Counted from the first letter of the stretch, positions 30,534 to 41,285 are shown. The stretch: 63,528 nt of DNA from an uncultured Mycoplasmatota bacterium (GCA_900546245.1 URBY01000002.1:1-63528), one strand, 5' to 3'. The notes: a model not told the origin generated them from the sequence alone. Made by a program: numbers and translations.

Positions 30534-31631
30534 ATGAGTTTAAAGGCAGGAATAGTAGGTCTTCCAAATGTAGGAAAGTCTACATTATTTAATGCAATTA
30601 CAAAGAAAAATATATTAGCAGCAAATTATCCATTTGCAACAATTGATCCAAATGTTGGTGTCGTTGTTGTTCCAGATAAAAGATTAGAAGTATTAGAAGA
30701 AATGGTTACACCAGAAAATGTTGTACCAACTTCGTTTGAATTTACTGATATTGCAGGTTTAGTTAAAGGAGCATCAAAAGGTGAAGGTTTAGGTAATAAA
30801 TTTTTATCACACATAAGAGAAGTAGATGCTATATGTGAAGTAGTAAGATGTTTTGATGATGCAAATATCACTCACGTTGAAGGTAGTACTGATCCAATAA
30901 GAGATATCGATATAATAAATCTAGAATTAATATTTGCAGATTTAGAAGTAATTAATTCAAGAATTGGTAGAATAGAAAAAAAGGCTATATCAACAAAAGA
31001 TAAAGATGCATTATTTGAGCTTGTATTAATGAAAAAAATAAAGGATGCCTTAGAAAAAGATATTCCAGCAAGAAGACTAGAATATACTGAAGATGAAGAA
31101 AAAGTTATAAAATCATTTAATTTATTAACTAAAAAACCAGTAATATATGTTGCTAACGTACTTGAAAATGAAATAAATGAAGAAAACGATTATGTAAAAA
31201 AAGTAAGAGAATATGCTTCGAAAGAAGGATCAGAAGTAATTACATTATGTGCTAAAATGGAAAGTGAACTTAGTGAACTTAATTATGAAGATAAATTATT
31301 ATTCTTAGAAGAACTTGGAATAAAAGAAAGTGGTCTTGATAAACTTATAAGAGCAGCATATTCATTATTAGGGCTTGCTACATTCTTTACTGCTGGACCT
31401 AAAGAAGTAAAGGCTTGGACTTTTAAAAAAGGTATGAAAGCACCAGCATGTGCAGGTATAATCCACAGTGATTTTGAAAGAGGATTCATAAAAGCAGAAG
31501 TTATTTCTTTTGAAGATTATAAAACATATGGTGGAGAAAAAGGTGCAAAAGAAAATGGTAAATTAAGACTTGAAGGAAAAGAGTATGTAATGCAAGATGG
31601 AGATATTTGCGTATTTAGATTTAATGTATAA
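30534..31631 (+). CDS. ychF: Redox-regulated ATPase YchF
   Basis: MSLKAGIVGLPNVGKSTLFNAIT, DIAGLVKGAS and a C-terminal TGS-like domain. RBS AAGAGG before the ATG at 30534. The track start at 30435 is an upstream extension. Confidence 0.95.
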   Translation: MSLKAGIVGLPNVGKSTLFNAITKKNILAANYPFATIDPNVGVVVVPDKRLEVLEEMVTPENVVPTSFEFTDIAGLVKGASKGEGLGNKFLSHIREVDAICEVVRCFDDANITHVEGSTDPIRDIDIINLELIFADLEVINSRIGRIEKKAISTKDKDALFELVLMKKIKDALEKDIPARRLEYTEDEEKVIKSFNLLTKKPVIYVANVLENEINEENDYVKKVREYASKEGSEVITLCAKMESELSELNYEDKLLFLEELGIKESGLDKLIRAAYSLLGLATFFTAGPKEVKAWTFKKGMKAPACAGIIHSDFERGFIKAEVISFEDYKTYGGEKGAKENGKLRLEGKEYVMQDGDICVFRFNV

Positions 31632-31650
31632 TAAAAGAGGATTTTTTTAA

Positions 31651-31905
31651 TTAAAATCCTCCTTTTTTCTTAACATATATCCAAGTACCACCTGATATAA
31701 ATAATAAACTAAATATTGATATATAAGCATAAGTGCTACTTCTTTTTATATCATCAATTCTTGTATCTTTATACTCAGGTATGTCAATTCCATCATATTG
31801 ATTATTTGTTTCCATTTCTTTATCTTGAACTAATGAAAGCATAATTGTTATTATAATAGGAATTAAAAGTAAAAAAATTGTATATTTTAAAGCTTTTTTC
31901 TTCAT
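31651..31905 (-). CDS. Small hypothetical membrane protein (2 TM)
   Basis: 84-aa ORF with two hydrophobic helices. A terminator-like hairpin is shared with ychF. Confidence 0.4.
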   Translation of the reverse strand: MKKKALKYTIFLLLIPIIITIMLSLVQDKEMETNNQYDGIDIPEYKDTRIDDIKRSSTYAYISIFSLLFISGGTWIYVKKKGGF

Positions 31906-32075
31906 AATATCATCCTTAACTATCTAAAAGTATATCATTATACTTTATTTTATGCAAGATAATAAAAGAAAAAGCATTTACTTTTTAAAATTTCTTTGTT
32001 ATAATACTTTTGCGAGTAATTATTTACTCTCTGCCTATATTTTATAGGCCATTAGTCCAAAGGGAGGTGTAAGAA

Positions 32076-32360
32076 ATGAAATATGAAATTTTATTCATTG
32101 TTAGACCAGATTTAGAAGAAAACGCTATTAAAGATGTTTTTAAAAAGTTTGAAACAATTTTAGTAGATAATGGAGCTAAAGTATTAAGCTCAAAAGAATT
32201 AGGTCAGAAAGAATTAGCTTATGAAATAAATAAACATAAAACTGGATATTATTTCTTAATTAATGTTGAGTCAGATGCTGAAGCAATTAAAGAATTTGAC
32301 AGATTAGCAACAATTAGTGAAGAATTATTACGTCATATTATTATAAAATTAGATAAATAA
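32076..32360 (+). CDS. rpsF: 30S ribosomal protein S6
   Basis: MKYEILFIVRPDLEE..., typical S6. Part of the rpsF-ssb-rpsR operon. Confidence 0.95.
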   Translation: MKYEILFIVRPDLEENAIKDVFKKFETILVDNGAKVLSSKELGQKELAYEINKHKTGYYFLINVESDAEAIKEFDRLATISEELLRHIIIKLDK

Positions 32361-32378
32361 TTGGGAAGTAGGTGCTTT

Positions 32379-32837
32379 ATGAATAAAGTAGTATTAATAG
32401 GAAGATTAACAAGGGATCCAGAACTTAGATATACAAGTTCAAATATTCCAAGTGCAAGATTTTCGTTAGCTGTAGATAGACCATTTACAAGTCAAAGTGG
32501 TGAAAGAGAAACAGATTTTATTAACATAGTTGTTTGGAGAAAACAAGCAGAAAATGTTAAAAAATATATTACAAAAGGAAGCTTAGTTGCAGTTGAAGGA
32601 AGAATTCAAACTGGTAGTTATGAAAAAGATGGTCAAAGAGTATATACAACAGATGTTGTTGCTGATAACGTTCAATTCTTAGAATCAAAAGCACAATCAC
32701 AAAATAGACCTGTTGAAGACTCTGTAACACCAGCAGATTTTGCAAATGATAGTGTAAAACCTACTGACATGAATGAAGAAGTATTTGCTGATTTTGGTGA
32801 TTCAATCGAAATTAGTGACGACGATATAGCATTTTAA
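32379..32837 (+). CDS. ssb: Single-stranded DNA-binding protein
   Basis: [18 protein letters not shown]... OB fold and an acidic tip DDDIAF. The ATG at 32379 is preferred over the TTG at 32361. Confidence 0.95.
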   Translation: MNKVVLIGRLTRDPELRYTSSNIPSARFSLAVDRPFTSQSGERETDFINIVVWRKQAENVKKYITKGSLVAVEGRIQTGSYEKDGQRVYTTDVVADNVQFLESKAQSQNRPVEDSVTPADFANDSVKPTDMNEEVFADFGDSIEISDDDIAF

Positions 32838-32860
32838 TAAAAGAAAAGGAGGTATAAGCC

Positions 32861-33076
32861 TTGGCTGAATTTAGAAGAAAAAGAAGAAAAGTATGTCAAT
32901 TATGCGCTGGTAAAGAATTAGATTACAAAAACGCAGATGACTTACGTAAATATATTAATGAAAAAGGTAAAATTTTACCAAGAAGAGTTACTGGAACATG
33001 TGCTAAACACCAAAGAATAGTAGCAACTCAAATTAAAAGAGCAAGAATGATGGCAATATTACCATTTACTAAATAG
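32861..33076 (+). CDS. rpsR: 30S ribosomal protein S18
   Basis: [11 protein letters not shown]...[14 protein letters not shown], typical S18. TTG start with a GGAGG RBS. Confidence 0.93.
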   Translation: MAEFRRKRRKVCQLCAGKELDYKNADDLRKYINEKGKILPRRVTGTCAKHQRIVATQIKRARMMAILPFTK

Positions 33077-33183
33077 TTTTGATTATTCAAGACTATTTTT
33101 TTATTACTATTTGTACTGACATAATGTTCAAAATGTTGTATAATATAATTACTTATGTGTTGTTTAGAAAGAAGGTTATATTT

Positions 33184-33627
33184 ATGAAAGTTATATTTTT
33201 AAAAGATGTAAAGGGACAAGGAAAAAAAGATGAGGTTAAAGAAGTTAAAGATGGTTATGCAGAAAACTTTTTAATAAAGAATGGATATGCAATTAAATAT
33301 AGCTCAAGAAGTAGTGAAATACTTGATAGACAATTAACAGATAGAAAAAATAAAGAAAATGAACTTATAAAAGAATGCGAAAAAATAAAGACATCTTTAG
33401 AAAAGATGGAATTAGAATTTAAAGTAAAAACAGGTAAACAAGATAAAGTATTTGGATCTATTTCATCAAAACAAATTTCAGATGAATTATCTAAAAAAGG
33501 TTATAATGTTGATAAGAAAAAAATAGTTATTAATGAAAATATTAATACACTTGGTACATATGTTGTAACAATTAATTTACATGCAAAAGTAGTAGCAACT
33601 TTAAAAATCAAATTAATTAAGGAGTAA
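33184..33627 (+). CDS. rplI: 50S ribosomal protein L9
   Basis: [36 protein letters not shown], typical L9. The track start at 33079 is an upstream extension. Confidence 0.95.
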   Translation: MKVIFLKDVKGQGKKDEVKEVKDGYAENFLIKNGYAIKYSSRSSEILDRQLTDRKNKENELIKECEKIKTSLEKMELEFKVKTGKQDKVFGSISSKQISDELSKKGYNVDKKKIVINENINTLGTYVVTINLHAKVVATLKIKLIKE

Positions 33628-33631
33628 GAAA

Positions 33632-34972
33632 ATGGATAAAAGAAATATGCCATATAGTTTAGAAGCAGAACAATCTGTTCTGGGTGCAGCTTTCATTTCA
33701 AAATATGCACTTCAAAAGATATGTGATGAACTAGAATCAGATGATTTTTATCTTGATTCACATAGTAAGATTTTTGATGCTTTATCAGAACTAAATGCAG
33801 AAGGTAAGCCAATAGATATTACAATTGTAACAAATAAACTTGAAACAAATAAAACATTATCTAGTGTTGGTAATATTGAATATTTAGTTGAAATAATTAA
33901 TTCAGTACCAAGTGCATCTAATGTTGATTATTATATTAATATTGTTCATGAAAAAGCAATTTTAAGAAGATTAATTAATGTTTCAAATGATATTGCAAAT
34001 GAATCAATGATTGAAAATGGAAATGTTAATGATATATTAGATGGCGCTGAAATGAAGATTTTAAATGTTGTTAAAACAAGAAAATCGTCAGAGTTTCATA
34101 AGATTCAAGATGTAGTATTTAAAGCACAAGAAAACTTAGAAAAATTAAGTAACCAAAGAGGAGAAATAACAGGACTTCCAACAGGTTTTTATGAAATAGA
34201 TAAATTAACAAGTGGATTACATGAAAATGAACTTATTATAATTGCGGCTCGTCCTGCTATGGGTAAAACTGCATTTGCTTTAAATGTTGCGACAAATATT
34301 GCTAAAACAACAGATAAGGCAGTCGCATTATTCAACCTAGAAATGAATGCGGAACAATTAGTAAACCGTATGTTTGCATCAGTTGCGCAAATAGAAGGTT
34401 CTAAGCTTAGAACAGGAAAACTTGATAATAATGACTGGAGAAAATTAAGTGAAGGAATTAGTCAACTTGCTGATACTCATATTTATATAGATGATACTCC
34501 TGGTATAACTATTGGTGAAATAAGAAGTAAATGTAGAAGACTTGCAGCATCAAAAGAAGGTCTTGGAATAGTTATCATAGACTACTTACAACTTATTTCA
34601 GGTAGTAGTAAATATGCTGGAAATAGACAACAAGAAGTATCGGAAATATCAAGAAGTTTAAAAACAATGGCACTAGAACTTGGTGTACCAGTAATTGCAC
34701 TTGCACAGTTATCACGTGCTGTTGAAGGAAGAGATGATAAACGTCCAATAATGAGTGACTTAAGAGAATCAGGTTCTATAGAACAAGATGCAGATATAGT
34801 TGCATTCCTATATAGAGATGATTATTATAATAAAGAAGCTAGAATGGATGGTAATATAAGTATTAGTGAATTTATTGTGGCTAAACACCGTAATGGTCCA
34901 ACTGCTACAATAGAATTATTGTTTAAGAAAAATACTAGTACTTTTTCAAATTATAGTAAAGAAGAAGAGTAG
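33632..34972 (+). CDS. dnaB: Replicative DNA helicase (DnaB family; DnaC in Bacillus nomenclature)
   Basis: PYSLEAEQSVLGA, Walker A ARPAMGKTAF, and DYLQLI... Confidence 0.96.
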   Translation: MDKRNMPYSLEAEQSVLGAAFISKYALQKICDELESDDFYLDSHSKIFDALSELNAEGKPIDITIVTNKLETNKTLSSVGNIEYLVEIINSVPSASNVDYYINIVHEKAILRRLINVSNDIANESMIENGNVNDILDGAEMKILNVVKTRKSSEFHKIQDVVFKAQENLEKLSNQRGEITGLPTGFYEIDKLTSGLHENELIIIAARPAMGKTAFALNVATNIAKTTDKAVALFNLEMNAEQLVNRMFASVAQIEGSKLRTGKLDNNDWRKLSEGISQLADTHIYIDDTPGITIGEIRSKCRRLAASKEGLGIVIIDYLQLISGSSKYAGNRQQEVSEISRSLKTMALELGVPVIALAQLSRAVEGRDDKRPIMSDLRESGSIEQDADIVAFLYRDDYYNKEARMDGNISISEFIVAKHRNGPTATIELLFKKNTSTFSNYSKEEE

Positions 34973-34984
34973 GAGGAAAGTGTG

Positions 34985-36487
34985 ATGAGTAAATTTAAAA
35001 AAAGTTTACCCGTTATTTTATCAATACTAATTTCACTTATTATTATTGTAGTAACAAGTTTTTCAGGGGAAGAAAATGAAAGCATAAAAGAAGTTTATAA
35101 TGTATATCTTGATGGAAAATTAGTTGGTGCAGTAAATTCAAAAAGTTCTCTTGAAAAATATATTGATAAAGAACAACAAGAACTAAAAGATGAATTTAAT
35201 GTTGATAAAGTATATATACCAAATGGAATTGATATAGAAAAATGTGTTACACACAATGCAAAAATTTTATCAGAAAAAGAAATTTATGAAAAAATAAAGG
35301 AAAGCAAAAGTTTTACAATTAAAGGTTATGTTGTAAGTATTAAATCAGATGATGATAAAGAGATAAAAGTAAATGTACTTAAAAAAAATATGTTTGATAA
35401 AGCCGTTAATAAAGTTTTGAAGGCATTTGTAAGTAGTAAAGAAATTAGTGATTATAAAAATGATACTCAGAAGGCAATTGAAACAACAGGTAGTTTAATA
35501 GAAAATATTGAAATAGAAGAAAAAATAACAATAACGGAAGCATATTTATCAACAGATGAGGTTATATTTACTGATGTAGATACACTTACTAAATATTTAT
35601 TATTTGGTTCGCTTGATAAAGATGAAGAATATACTGTTAAGCCCGGAGATACAATTGAAACAGTTGCATTTAATAATAAACTTGGTGTAGAGGAATTTTT
35701 AATAGTTAATCCTGAATTTACAAGTAGTAATAATCTTTTAAGTGTTGGTCAAAAGGTTAGTATTGCACTTATAGATCCAATATTTAGTATTGTTGTTGAA
35801 AAACACATTGTAGAAGATATGGATAAACCATTTAATACTGTGGAAAAAGAAGATTCTAGTATATATTCTGGTCAAACTAAAGTACAAACAGAAGGTGTTG
35901 TTGGAACTCAAAGAGTTACAGAAAAAATTAAATATGTGAATGGTGAAGCACAACCCGCTGTCATAACAAATGTAACGACAATAAAAGAACCTATAGACAA
36001 AGTTGTATTAAAAGGTACAAAGAGTTATGGCTCAAATTATACTGGAGGAGGAACTCCTGCGGTTACAACAGGAAGCTGGGGATGGCCAACAATTTCTCCT
36101 TACATAATAACGAGTTATTATGGATTTAGATGGGGACGTTTACATGCAGGTATAGATATATCTGGTTGTGGATTTGGTTCTCCAATATATTCAATAGGTG
36201 AAGGAACAGTTTCTGCAGTTACTAATAATTGTGCTGATAGAGGTTATTATGGTAGCAAATGTGGTGGTGGATATGGTAATGCTGTTAGAGTAAAATATTC
36301 TAATGGTATGGAAGTTATATATTCACATATTATGGGAAGTAATATAAGAGTTTCAGTAGGACAACATGTTTCAAAAGGTCAAATAGTAGGATATATGGGT
36401 AATAGTGGTAGTTCAACAGGTACTCATTTACATTTTCAAGTCAATATGCCTAGTGGATCAGTAAACCCTATGACACTTTATAGATAA
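34985..36487 (+). CDS. M23 family metallopeptidase with LysM and G5-like domains
   Basis: N-terminal TM. LysM (YTVKPGDTIETVAFNNKLGVEEF). G5-like segment (TKVQTEGVVGTQRVTEKIKYVNGE). M23 motifs HAGIDIS and GTHLHFQV. Confidence 0.85.
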   Translation: MSKFKKSLPVILSILISLIIIVVTSFSGEENESIKEVYNVYLDGKLVGAVNSKSSLEKYIDKEQQELKDEFNVDKVYIPNGIDIEKCVTHNAKILSEKEIYEKIKESKSFTIKGYVVSIKSDDDKEIKVNVLKKNMFDKAVNKVLKAFVSSKEISDYKNDTQKAIETTGSLIENIEIEEKITITEAYLSTDEVIFTDVDTLTKYLLFGSLDKDEEYTVKPGDTIETVAFNNKLGVEEFLIVNPEFTSSNNLLSVGQKVSIALIDPIFSIVVEKHIVEDMDKPFNTVEKEDSSIYSGQTKVQTEGVVGTQRVTEKIKYVNGEAQPAVITNVTTIKEPIDKVVLKGTKSYGSNYTGGGTPAVTTGSWGWPTISPYIITSYYGFRWGRLHAGIDISGCGFGSPIYSIGEGTVSAVTNNCADRGYYGSKCGGGYGNAVRVKYSNGMEVIYSHIMGSNIRVSVGQHVSKGQIVGYMGNSGSSTGTHLHFQVNMPSGSVNPMTLYR

Positions 36488-37254
36488 TGAAAGTATGTGT
36501 ATTATCATCTGGAAGCAAGGGTAATAGTACCCTTGTTATCACAGATAAAGTAAAAATATTAATTGACCTTGGAACAACTACTTCATATGTAGAAGCAGCA
36601 TTAAATAATTTAAATGTAGATGTTAAAGAAATATCACATATTCTAATAACACACAGCCACGTAGATCATATAAAAGGATTAAAAGTATTTATAAAAAGAT
36701 ATAATCCAGTTATTTTAGTTACAGATGACATGAAAAATGTTTTAGAAAAAGAACTTGGAAATTTTAGATATGAATATTATGAGGATAAAAAAGCTATAAT
36801 TGATGATTTAACTGTAAATGTAATTAAAACATCACATGATGCGGAAGAATCAATAGGATTTGTACTTACAAATAATAATTCATCAATGGTTTATATAACA
36901 GATACTGGATATATTAATCAAAAATATTTTAAAATTTTATCAAATAATAACTTATATGTACTTGAAAGTAATCATGATATAAAAATGCTTATGGATGGAC
37001 CTTATCCATATTATTTAAAGCAAAGAGTACAAGGAGATAAAGGACATTTATCAAATAAACAATCAAGTGATTACTTATGTAAATTTATTGGTGATAATAC
37101 TAGAAAAATCGTATTTGCGCATATTAGTGAACACAATAATTCATATGAAAAAGTAATTGAAACATTTAATGAAGAATTATCTAAAAATGATATGAAATTT
37201 GATGATGTATTAATTGCTAAACAAAATGAAACAACGGAAGTTATAGAAGTATGA
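36487..37254 (+). CDS. MBL-fold metallo-hydrolase (YycJ/WalJ-like)
   Basis: HSHVDHIKG motif. Position before rlmH as in the Bacillus yyc region. Confidence 0.8.
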   Translation: MKVCVLSSGSKGNSTLVITDKVKILIDLGTTTSYVEAALNNLNVDVKEISHILITHSHVDHIKGLKVFIKRYNPVILVTDDMKNVLEKELGNFRYEYYEDKKAIIDDLTVNVIKTSHDAEESIGFVLTNNNSSMVYITDTGYINQKYFKILSNNNLYVLESNHDIKMLMDGPYPYYLKQRVQGDKGHLSNKQSSDYLCKFIGDNTRKIVFAHISEHNNSYEKVIETFNEELSKNDMKFDDVLIAKQNETTEVIEV

Positions 37255-37703
37255 TAAAAATAATAACTGTAGGAAAAATAAAAGAAAAATATTTAACAGA
37301 TGCGATAAATGAATATTTAAAAAGACTTAGTAAATACACTAAAATAAATTTAATAGAAGTTCCTGATGAAAATTTTGATATAACTAAAACGCTTGAAGCA
37401 GAAAAGAAAAGTATATTAAAGTATGTAAGTAAAAAAGATTATATTATTACAATGGAAATAGAGGGAAAGGAACTTTCAAGTATAGAGTTTGCAAAAAAAA
37501 TAGATGAAATTCAAATAAATAATAGTAATATATGTTTTATAATAGGTGGATCATATGGTCTATCAGATGAAATAAAGAAGATGAGTAATTTTAAATTATC
37601 ATTTTCAAAAATGACTTTTCCTCATCAATTATTTAGATTAATTCTTTTAGAACAAATTTATAGAGCATATAAAATAAACAATAATGAATCATATCATAAA
37701 TAA
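37251..37703 (+). CDS. rlmH: 23S rRNA (pseudouridine1915-N3)-methyltransferase RlmH
   Basis: SPOUT fold and 150 aa (MIKIITVGKIKEKYL...IGGSYGLSDE...). ATGA overlap with the upstream gene. Confidence 0.9.
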   Translation: MIKIITVGKIKEKYLTDAINEYLKRLSKYTKINLIEVPDENFDITKTLEAEKKSILKYVSKKDYIITMEIEGKELSSIEFAKKIDEIQINNSNICFIIGGSYGLSDEIKKMSNFKLSFSKMTFPHQLFRLILLEQIYRAYKINNNESYHK

Positions 37704-37709
37704 AAGAAG

Positions 37710-38327
37710 TTACATTTGTGTAGCTTCTTTTCTCTTTAATATAAGCATGTTGTTAGCTATAATGTTATCCACAGTACAACACTTTATAACATTATTAACT
37801 TCTTTATTAATATTATTTATTATATTTAAATGAATAGTATTTAAATTTCTATTATTTATAATATAATTAAGTATTGAAATAGTTTCTCTTAAGTACTTAT
37901 CTATAAAAGCCTTATTCGTATCATAAAGGCTAGATACATTATCAAGTCTATCACATAATTTAATAATTAATGCATCTTCACTCATACTTGTCATTTTCAT
38001 AGATAAATATTTAGTTTTACCTATTTCTTTTTTTAATACATCATTATTTGTAAGTTCTTTTACTAGATTAGATATTATATTTCCAAAATTACATGTAAGT
38101 TCTTTATAAGTAGTATTTGTATCTTCTAAAGTATCATGTAAATATGCCGATGAAACTAAGTCATCAATATTTTTTGCATTATTCGCATATTTTTTTACTA
38201 AATTCGCAACATTTATAGGATGAGTAATATATTCAACAGGAGTATTATTTTTTCTCATTTGACCTTTATGTTTTTCTCTAGCAAACTCTAAAGCATTATT
38301 AGTAATTAATTCATTCTTATCCATCAT
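37710..38327 (-). CDS. Stand-alone HD-domain protein of the RelA/SpoT hydrolase type (possible small alarmone hydrolase)
   Basis: A..KHKGQMRK....YITHPINVA...AYLHDTLEDT, typical of the (p)ppGpp hydrolase HD domain. No synthetase domain. Confidence 0.65.
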   Translation of the reverse strand: MMDKNELITNNALEFAREKHKGQMRKNNTPVEYITHPINVANLVKKYANNAKNIDDLVSSAYLHDTLEDTNTTYKELTCNFGNIISNLVKELTNNDVLKKEIGKTKYLSMKMTSMSEDALIIKLCDRLDNVSSLYDTNKAFIDKYLRETISILNYIINNRNLNTIHLNIINNINKEVNNVIKCCTVDNIIANNMLILKRKEATQM

Positions 38328-38467
38328 TTAAAACCACCTATAATATTATTATATACTATAAATTTAACATTTTATATATTTTTTTATAAATAACAATATT
38401 TTCTTGACATTGTTTATAAAAAGTATATAATTAATTCTGCAACCAAAAAAGGGAAAGAGGTATTTTT

Positions 38468-38887
38468 ATGAGAATGAAAGAATATGAAGAATATAAAAGA
38501 AGAGAAGCAAAAGCACTTTTAGAAGTAGAAAAATATAATACAACTGAAAAAATAATTAATTATTTAAATGAAAATGGATTTGACATTAATGATAAGAAGA
38601 TTTTTTATATTGTAAGAATAATTAAAAAAGTTATATTTAATTATAGAATGTTTGGTAAAGAATTTTCAGATAATATTTTAAAAAATAATCCATTATATGT
38701 ATTTAATGTATTTGAAAATAACTCATCACAAGATATAAAAAAAGATGTATATGCTTTATTAAAAAATAATAATGTTACTATTGATTTAGTTGATTTTGTA
38801 GATAATGTTGCTGATAATATAAATTTACTTATTAATGAAGAAATAAAATTAAATGAGCAAAACAAGAAATTAGCTTATAATGCGTAA
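38468..38887 (+). CDS. Hypothetical protein
   Basis: 139-aa ORF behind a near-consensus promoter (TTGACA at 38404-38409, TATAAT-like -10). No family recognised. Confidence 0.4.
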   Translation: MRMKEYEEYKRREAKALLEVEKYNTTEKIINYLNENGFDINDKKIFYIVRIIKKVIFNYRMFGKEFSDNILKNNPLYVFNVFENNSSQDIKKDVYALLKNNNVTIDLVDFVDNVADNINLLINEEIKLNEQNKKLAYNA

Positions 38888-38948
38888 GTAATGAAGAATT
38901 ATTTCTTCATTTTTTTAATCTTATGATATAATTATAAAGGTGATAGTA

Positions 38949-39602
38949 ATGCTTTTTAATAATGACTGGGATGATATCCTAAAAGATGAAATACATAAAG
39001 AATATTTTATGACAATTTTATATGAACTTAGAGAACTATATAAAACAAAGGATATTTTTCCACCACAAAAACAAATATTTAATGCTTTTCATCTTCCATA
39101 TAAAGATGTAAAAGTAGTTATATTAGGACAAGATCCATATCATGGAGTAGGAGAAGCACATGGTTTTGCATTTTCAACATTATCAAGTAAACTTCCTCCA
39201 TCGCTAAAGAACATATATAAAGAATTATATGATGATTTAGGTATAGAAAAAGACTATAATAATGGTGATTTAACTCCATGGGTAAAACAAGGTGTTATGC
39301 TTTTAAACACAGGTTTAACTGTGGAAAAAGATAAACCTAATTCACATAAAAATTTAGGATGGCATGAATTTACAGATGTTGTAATACAAAAATTAAATGA
39401 AAAAAATGAACCAGTTGTGTTTATATTATGGGGTAATAATGCAAGAGAAAAAAAGAAATTTATTACAAATCCAAAACATTTAATAATAGAATCTGCTCAT
39501 CCATCTCCATTTTCTGCATATAATGGATTCTTTGGTTCAAAACCATTTTCAAGAACTAATGAATTTTTAAAGAAAAATAATATGGAAGAAATAAAATGGT
39601 AA
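38949..39602 (+). CDS. ung: Uracil-DNA glycosylase
   Basis: GQDPYHG and HPSP motifs. The ATG at 38949 is preferred over the GTG at 38940. Confidence 0.93.
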   Translation: MLFNNDWDDILKDEIHKEYFMTILYELRELYKTKDIFPPQKQIFNAFHLPYKDVKVVILGQDPYHGVGEAHGFAFSTLSSKLPPSLKNIYKELYDDLGIEKDYNNGDLTPWVKQGVMLLNTGLTVEKDKPNSHKNLGWHEFTDVVIQKLNEKNEPVVFILWGNNAREKKKFITNPKHLIIESAHPSPFSAYNGFFGSKPFSRTNEFLKKNNMEEIKW

Positions 39603-39633
39603 AATAAAATGCAAGAACATATCTTGCATCTTT

Positions 39634-40179
39634 TTATAGTTTAAAATCTTTTATATCATCATCATTCATATCTTTGCCATCAAAGAATGTTTTTTCTTTA
39701 TATTTAAGTATTTTTCCCATTATATTATAAGGAAACTTTCTAATTAGTTTGTTATAAAATACAATAGTTTCATTATAGAATTTTTTAAAAGCTCTAAGTG
39801 ATTCATCAATATCTTCAATATCATAAGTTAATTTAATAACATCTTCATCAGTTTCAAGTTCAGTATATTGACCCTTAACAAAGTTAATTTTATTAAGTGC
39901 CTCAACTAATTTTCTATCAATTTCAAAACTACTTATCTTTTTATCTTTTAACTTAGAAATATCATCAACTAATACTTTCTTAGTTTTTATTTTTTCCTTT
40001 ATAATATTGTTTAATTTAATAATAATATCAAACTTTTCTCTAATTGCTTCATCAATTTTTCCTTCAACTTCATTAATTCTTATAATGTAATCTTGAAATT
40101 TATTATATATAATGCTAAAAGCAATAAATAGTAAAAAAATAACTACAATTATAATTAAAATAATGACACTTGCTTTCAT
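39634..40179 (-). CDS. lemA: LemA family protein
   Basis: N-terminal TM followed by YNKF...I.....E..I.. helical-domain architecture typical of LemA. Moderate similarity, from memory. Confidence 0.5.
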   Translation of the reverse strand: MKASVIILIIIVVIFLLFIAFSIIYNKFQDYIIRINEVEGKIDEAIREKFDIIIKLNNIIKEKIKTKKVLVDDISKLKDKKISSFEIDRKLVEALNKINFVKGQYTELETDEDVIKLTYDIEDIDESLRAFKKFYNETIVFYNKLIRKFPYNIMGKILKYKEKTFFDGKDMNDDDIKDFKL

Positions 40180-40226
40180 ATATTCACCTTCTACTATAAA
40201 AAAATTATAGCAAAATAAAAAGAATA

Positions 40227-40601
40227 TTACAATCCTTTTAAAGTAAAATCAGGACTATAATTAATATTCTCTTCAAACTCTACATAATTTAAATAAATCA
40301 TTAATATAAGATACCATTTTCCAGTAGATGGATCACTTATTATTAAATGATCTCTTCCTGCTTGTTCAACAACACCTGTAAATATTTTATCTTTCCATTC
40401 AACTGAATCTGGGAATGATACATAAAATTTACCATATTTTCCTTTATTTAATCTTAAAATATTTTCAACATAAGATTGTTCCATAGGAAATTCTGTCATG
40501 CCAACTGTTGGAGCATATTGCTGATTAGGATAACCAGAACTAGTTCCTATATTTGTATTTTGATAACCAGTATAATATCCATTATTATTCATAAAATTCA
40601 T
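40227..40601 (-). CDS. gerQ: Spore coat protein GerQ-like
   Basis: SYVENILRLNKGK...F.GVVEQAGRDHLIISDP.TGKWYLILMIYLNYVEF closely parallels the Bacillus GerQ/YwdL core. G/Y/N/Q-rich N-terminus. Confidence 0.6.
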   Translation of the reverse strand: MNFMNNNGYYTGYQNTNIGTSSGYPNQQYAPTVGMTEFPMEQSYVENILRLNKGKYGKFYVSFPDSVEWKDKIFTGVVEQAGRDHLIISDPSTGKWYLILMIYLNYVEFEENINYSPDFTLKGL

Positions 40602-40669
40602 CCTTTCTACAAAATTATATTATTTGAAAAAGTAAAATATTCATATATAATTATATTAGGAGGACATAT

Positions 40670-41227
40670 ATGAAAGTAAAAGTTGGTGTATCAAATAGAC
40701 ATATACACTTAAGTATGGAAGATAAAAATATTTTATTTGGTGACGATTATATTTTAAGAGAAAAAAGAAGATTATCACAAGATAATAATTATGCATGCTA
40801 TGAAACAGTTAATTTAATAAATGGTGATAAAAAAATAGAAAATGTAAGAGTAATTGGACCAGAAAGAACATATACACAAGTAGAAATATCAAAAGAAGAT
40901 GCAAGTGTTTTAGGTATTAATCCTCCATATAGAAATTCAGGTAATTTAAATGGTGCCATAGAAGTAATTATAGAAGGACCAAAAGGAAGTATAAAAAGAA
41001 AATGTGTAATATTATCAAATAGACATATACATATGACAAAAAAAATTGCTAAAAAAGAAGGTTATAAAAATGATGATATTGTTAGTGTTAAACTAAGTGA
41101 TAATACTATTATTGATAATGTACATATAAAAATAAGTATAGGTGATTATCCAGAACTTCATATTGATACAGTAGATTCAAAAGAATATAAATTATTTACA
41201 GGAGATAATGTAGAAATTTTAAGATAA
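40670..41227 (+). CDS. pduL: Phosphate propanoyltransferase / phosphotransacylase PduL
   Basis: Duplicated SNRHIHL / SNRHIHM motifs and a PduL-typical size of 185 aa. Confidence 0.85.
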   Translation: MKVKVGVSNRHIHLSMEDKNILFGDDYILREKRRLSQDNNYACYETVNLINGDKKIENVRVIGPERTYTQVEISKEDASVLGINPPYRNSGNLNGAIEVIIEGPKGSIKRKCVILSNRHIHMTKKIAKKEGYKNDDIVSVKLSDNTIIDNVHIKISIGDYPELHIDTVDSKEYKLFTGDNVEILR

Positions 41228-41285
41228 ATATCTAGAAAAAAATATAAAAATATTGTATAATTATTTGTGAAAGAGAGGGAAAATT

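Noticed and set aside
30346-30537. 63-aa ORF overlapping the end of the AbgT-like gene, plus several N-terminal extensions of track ORFs (5089, 23941, 30435, 32361, 33079, 42813, 49109, 50533).
   Set aside because: Downstream ATG codons preceded by good RBS give N-termini that match the conserved starts of TyrS, L13, YchF, SSB, L9, Def and the others. The extensions cover leader, terminator or promoter sequence.
37765-37773. Perfect DnaA-box 9-mers TTATCCACA (also at 55179-55187), and origin-proximal-type gene content, suggested oriC might be in the window.
   Set aside because: The two boxes are isolated and inside coding regions. No cluster of boxes, AT-rich unwinding element, or dnaA/dnaN genes are present.
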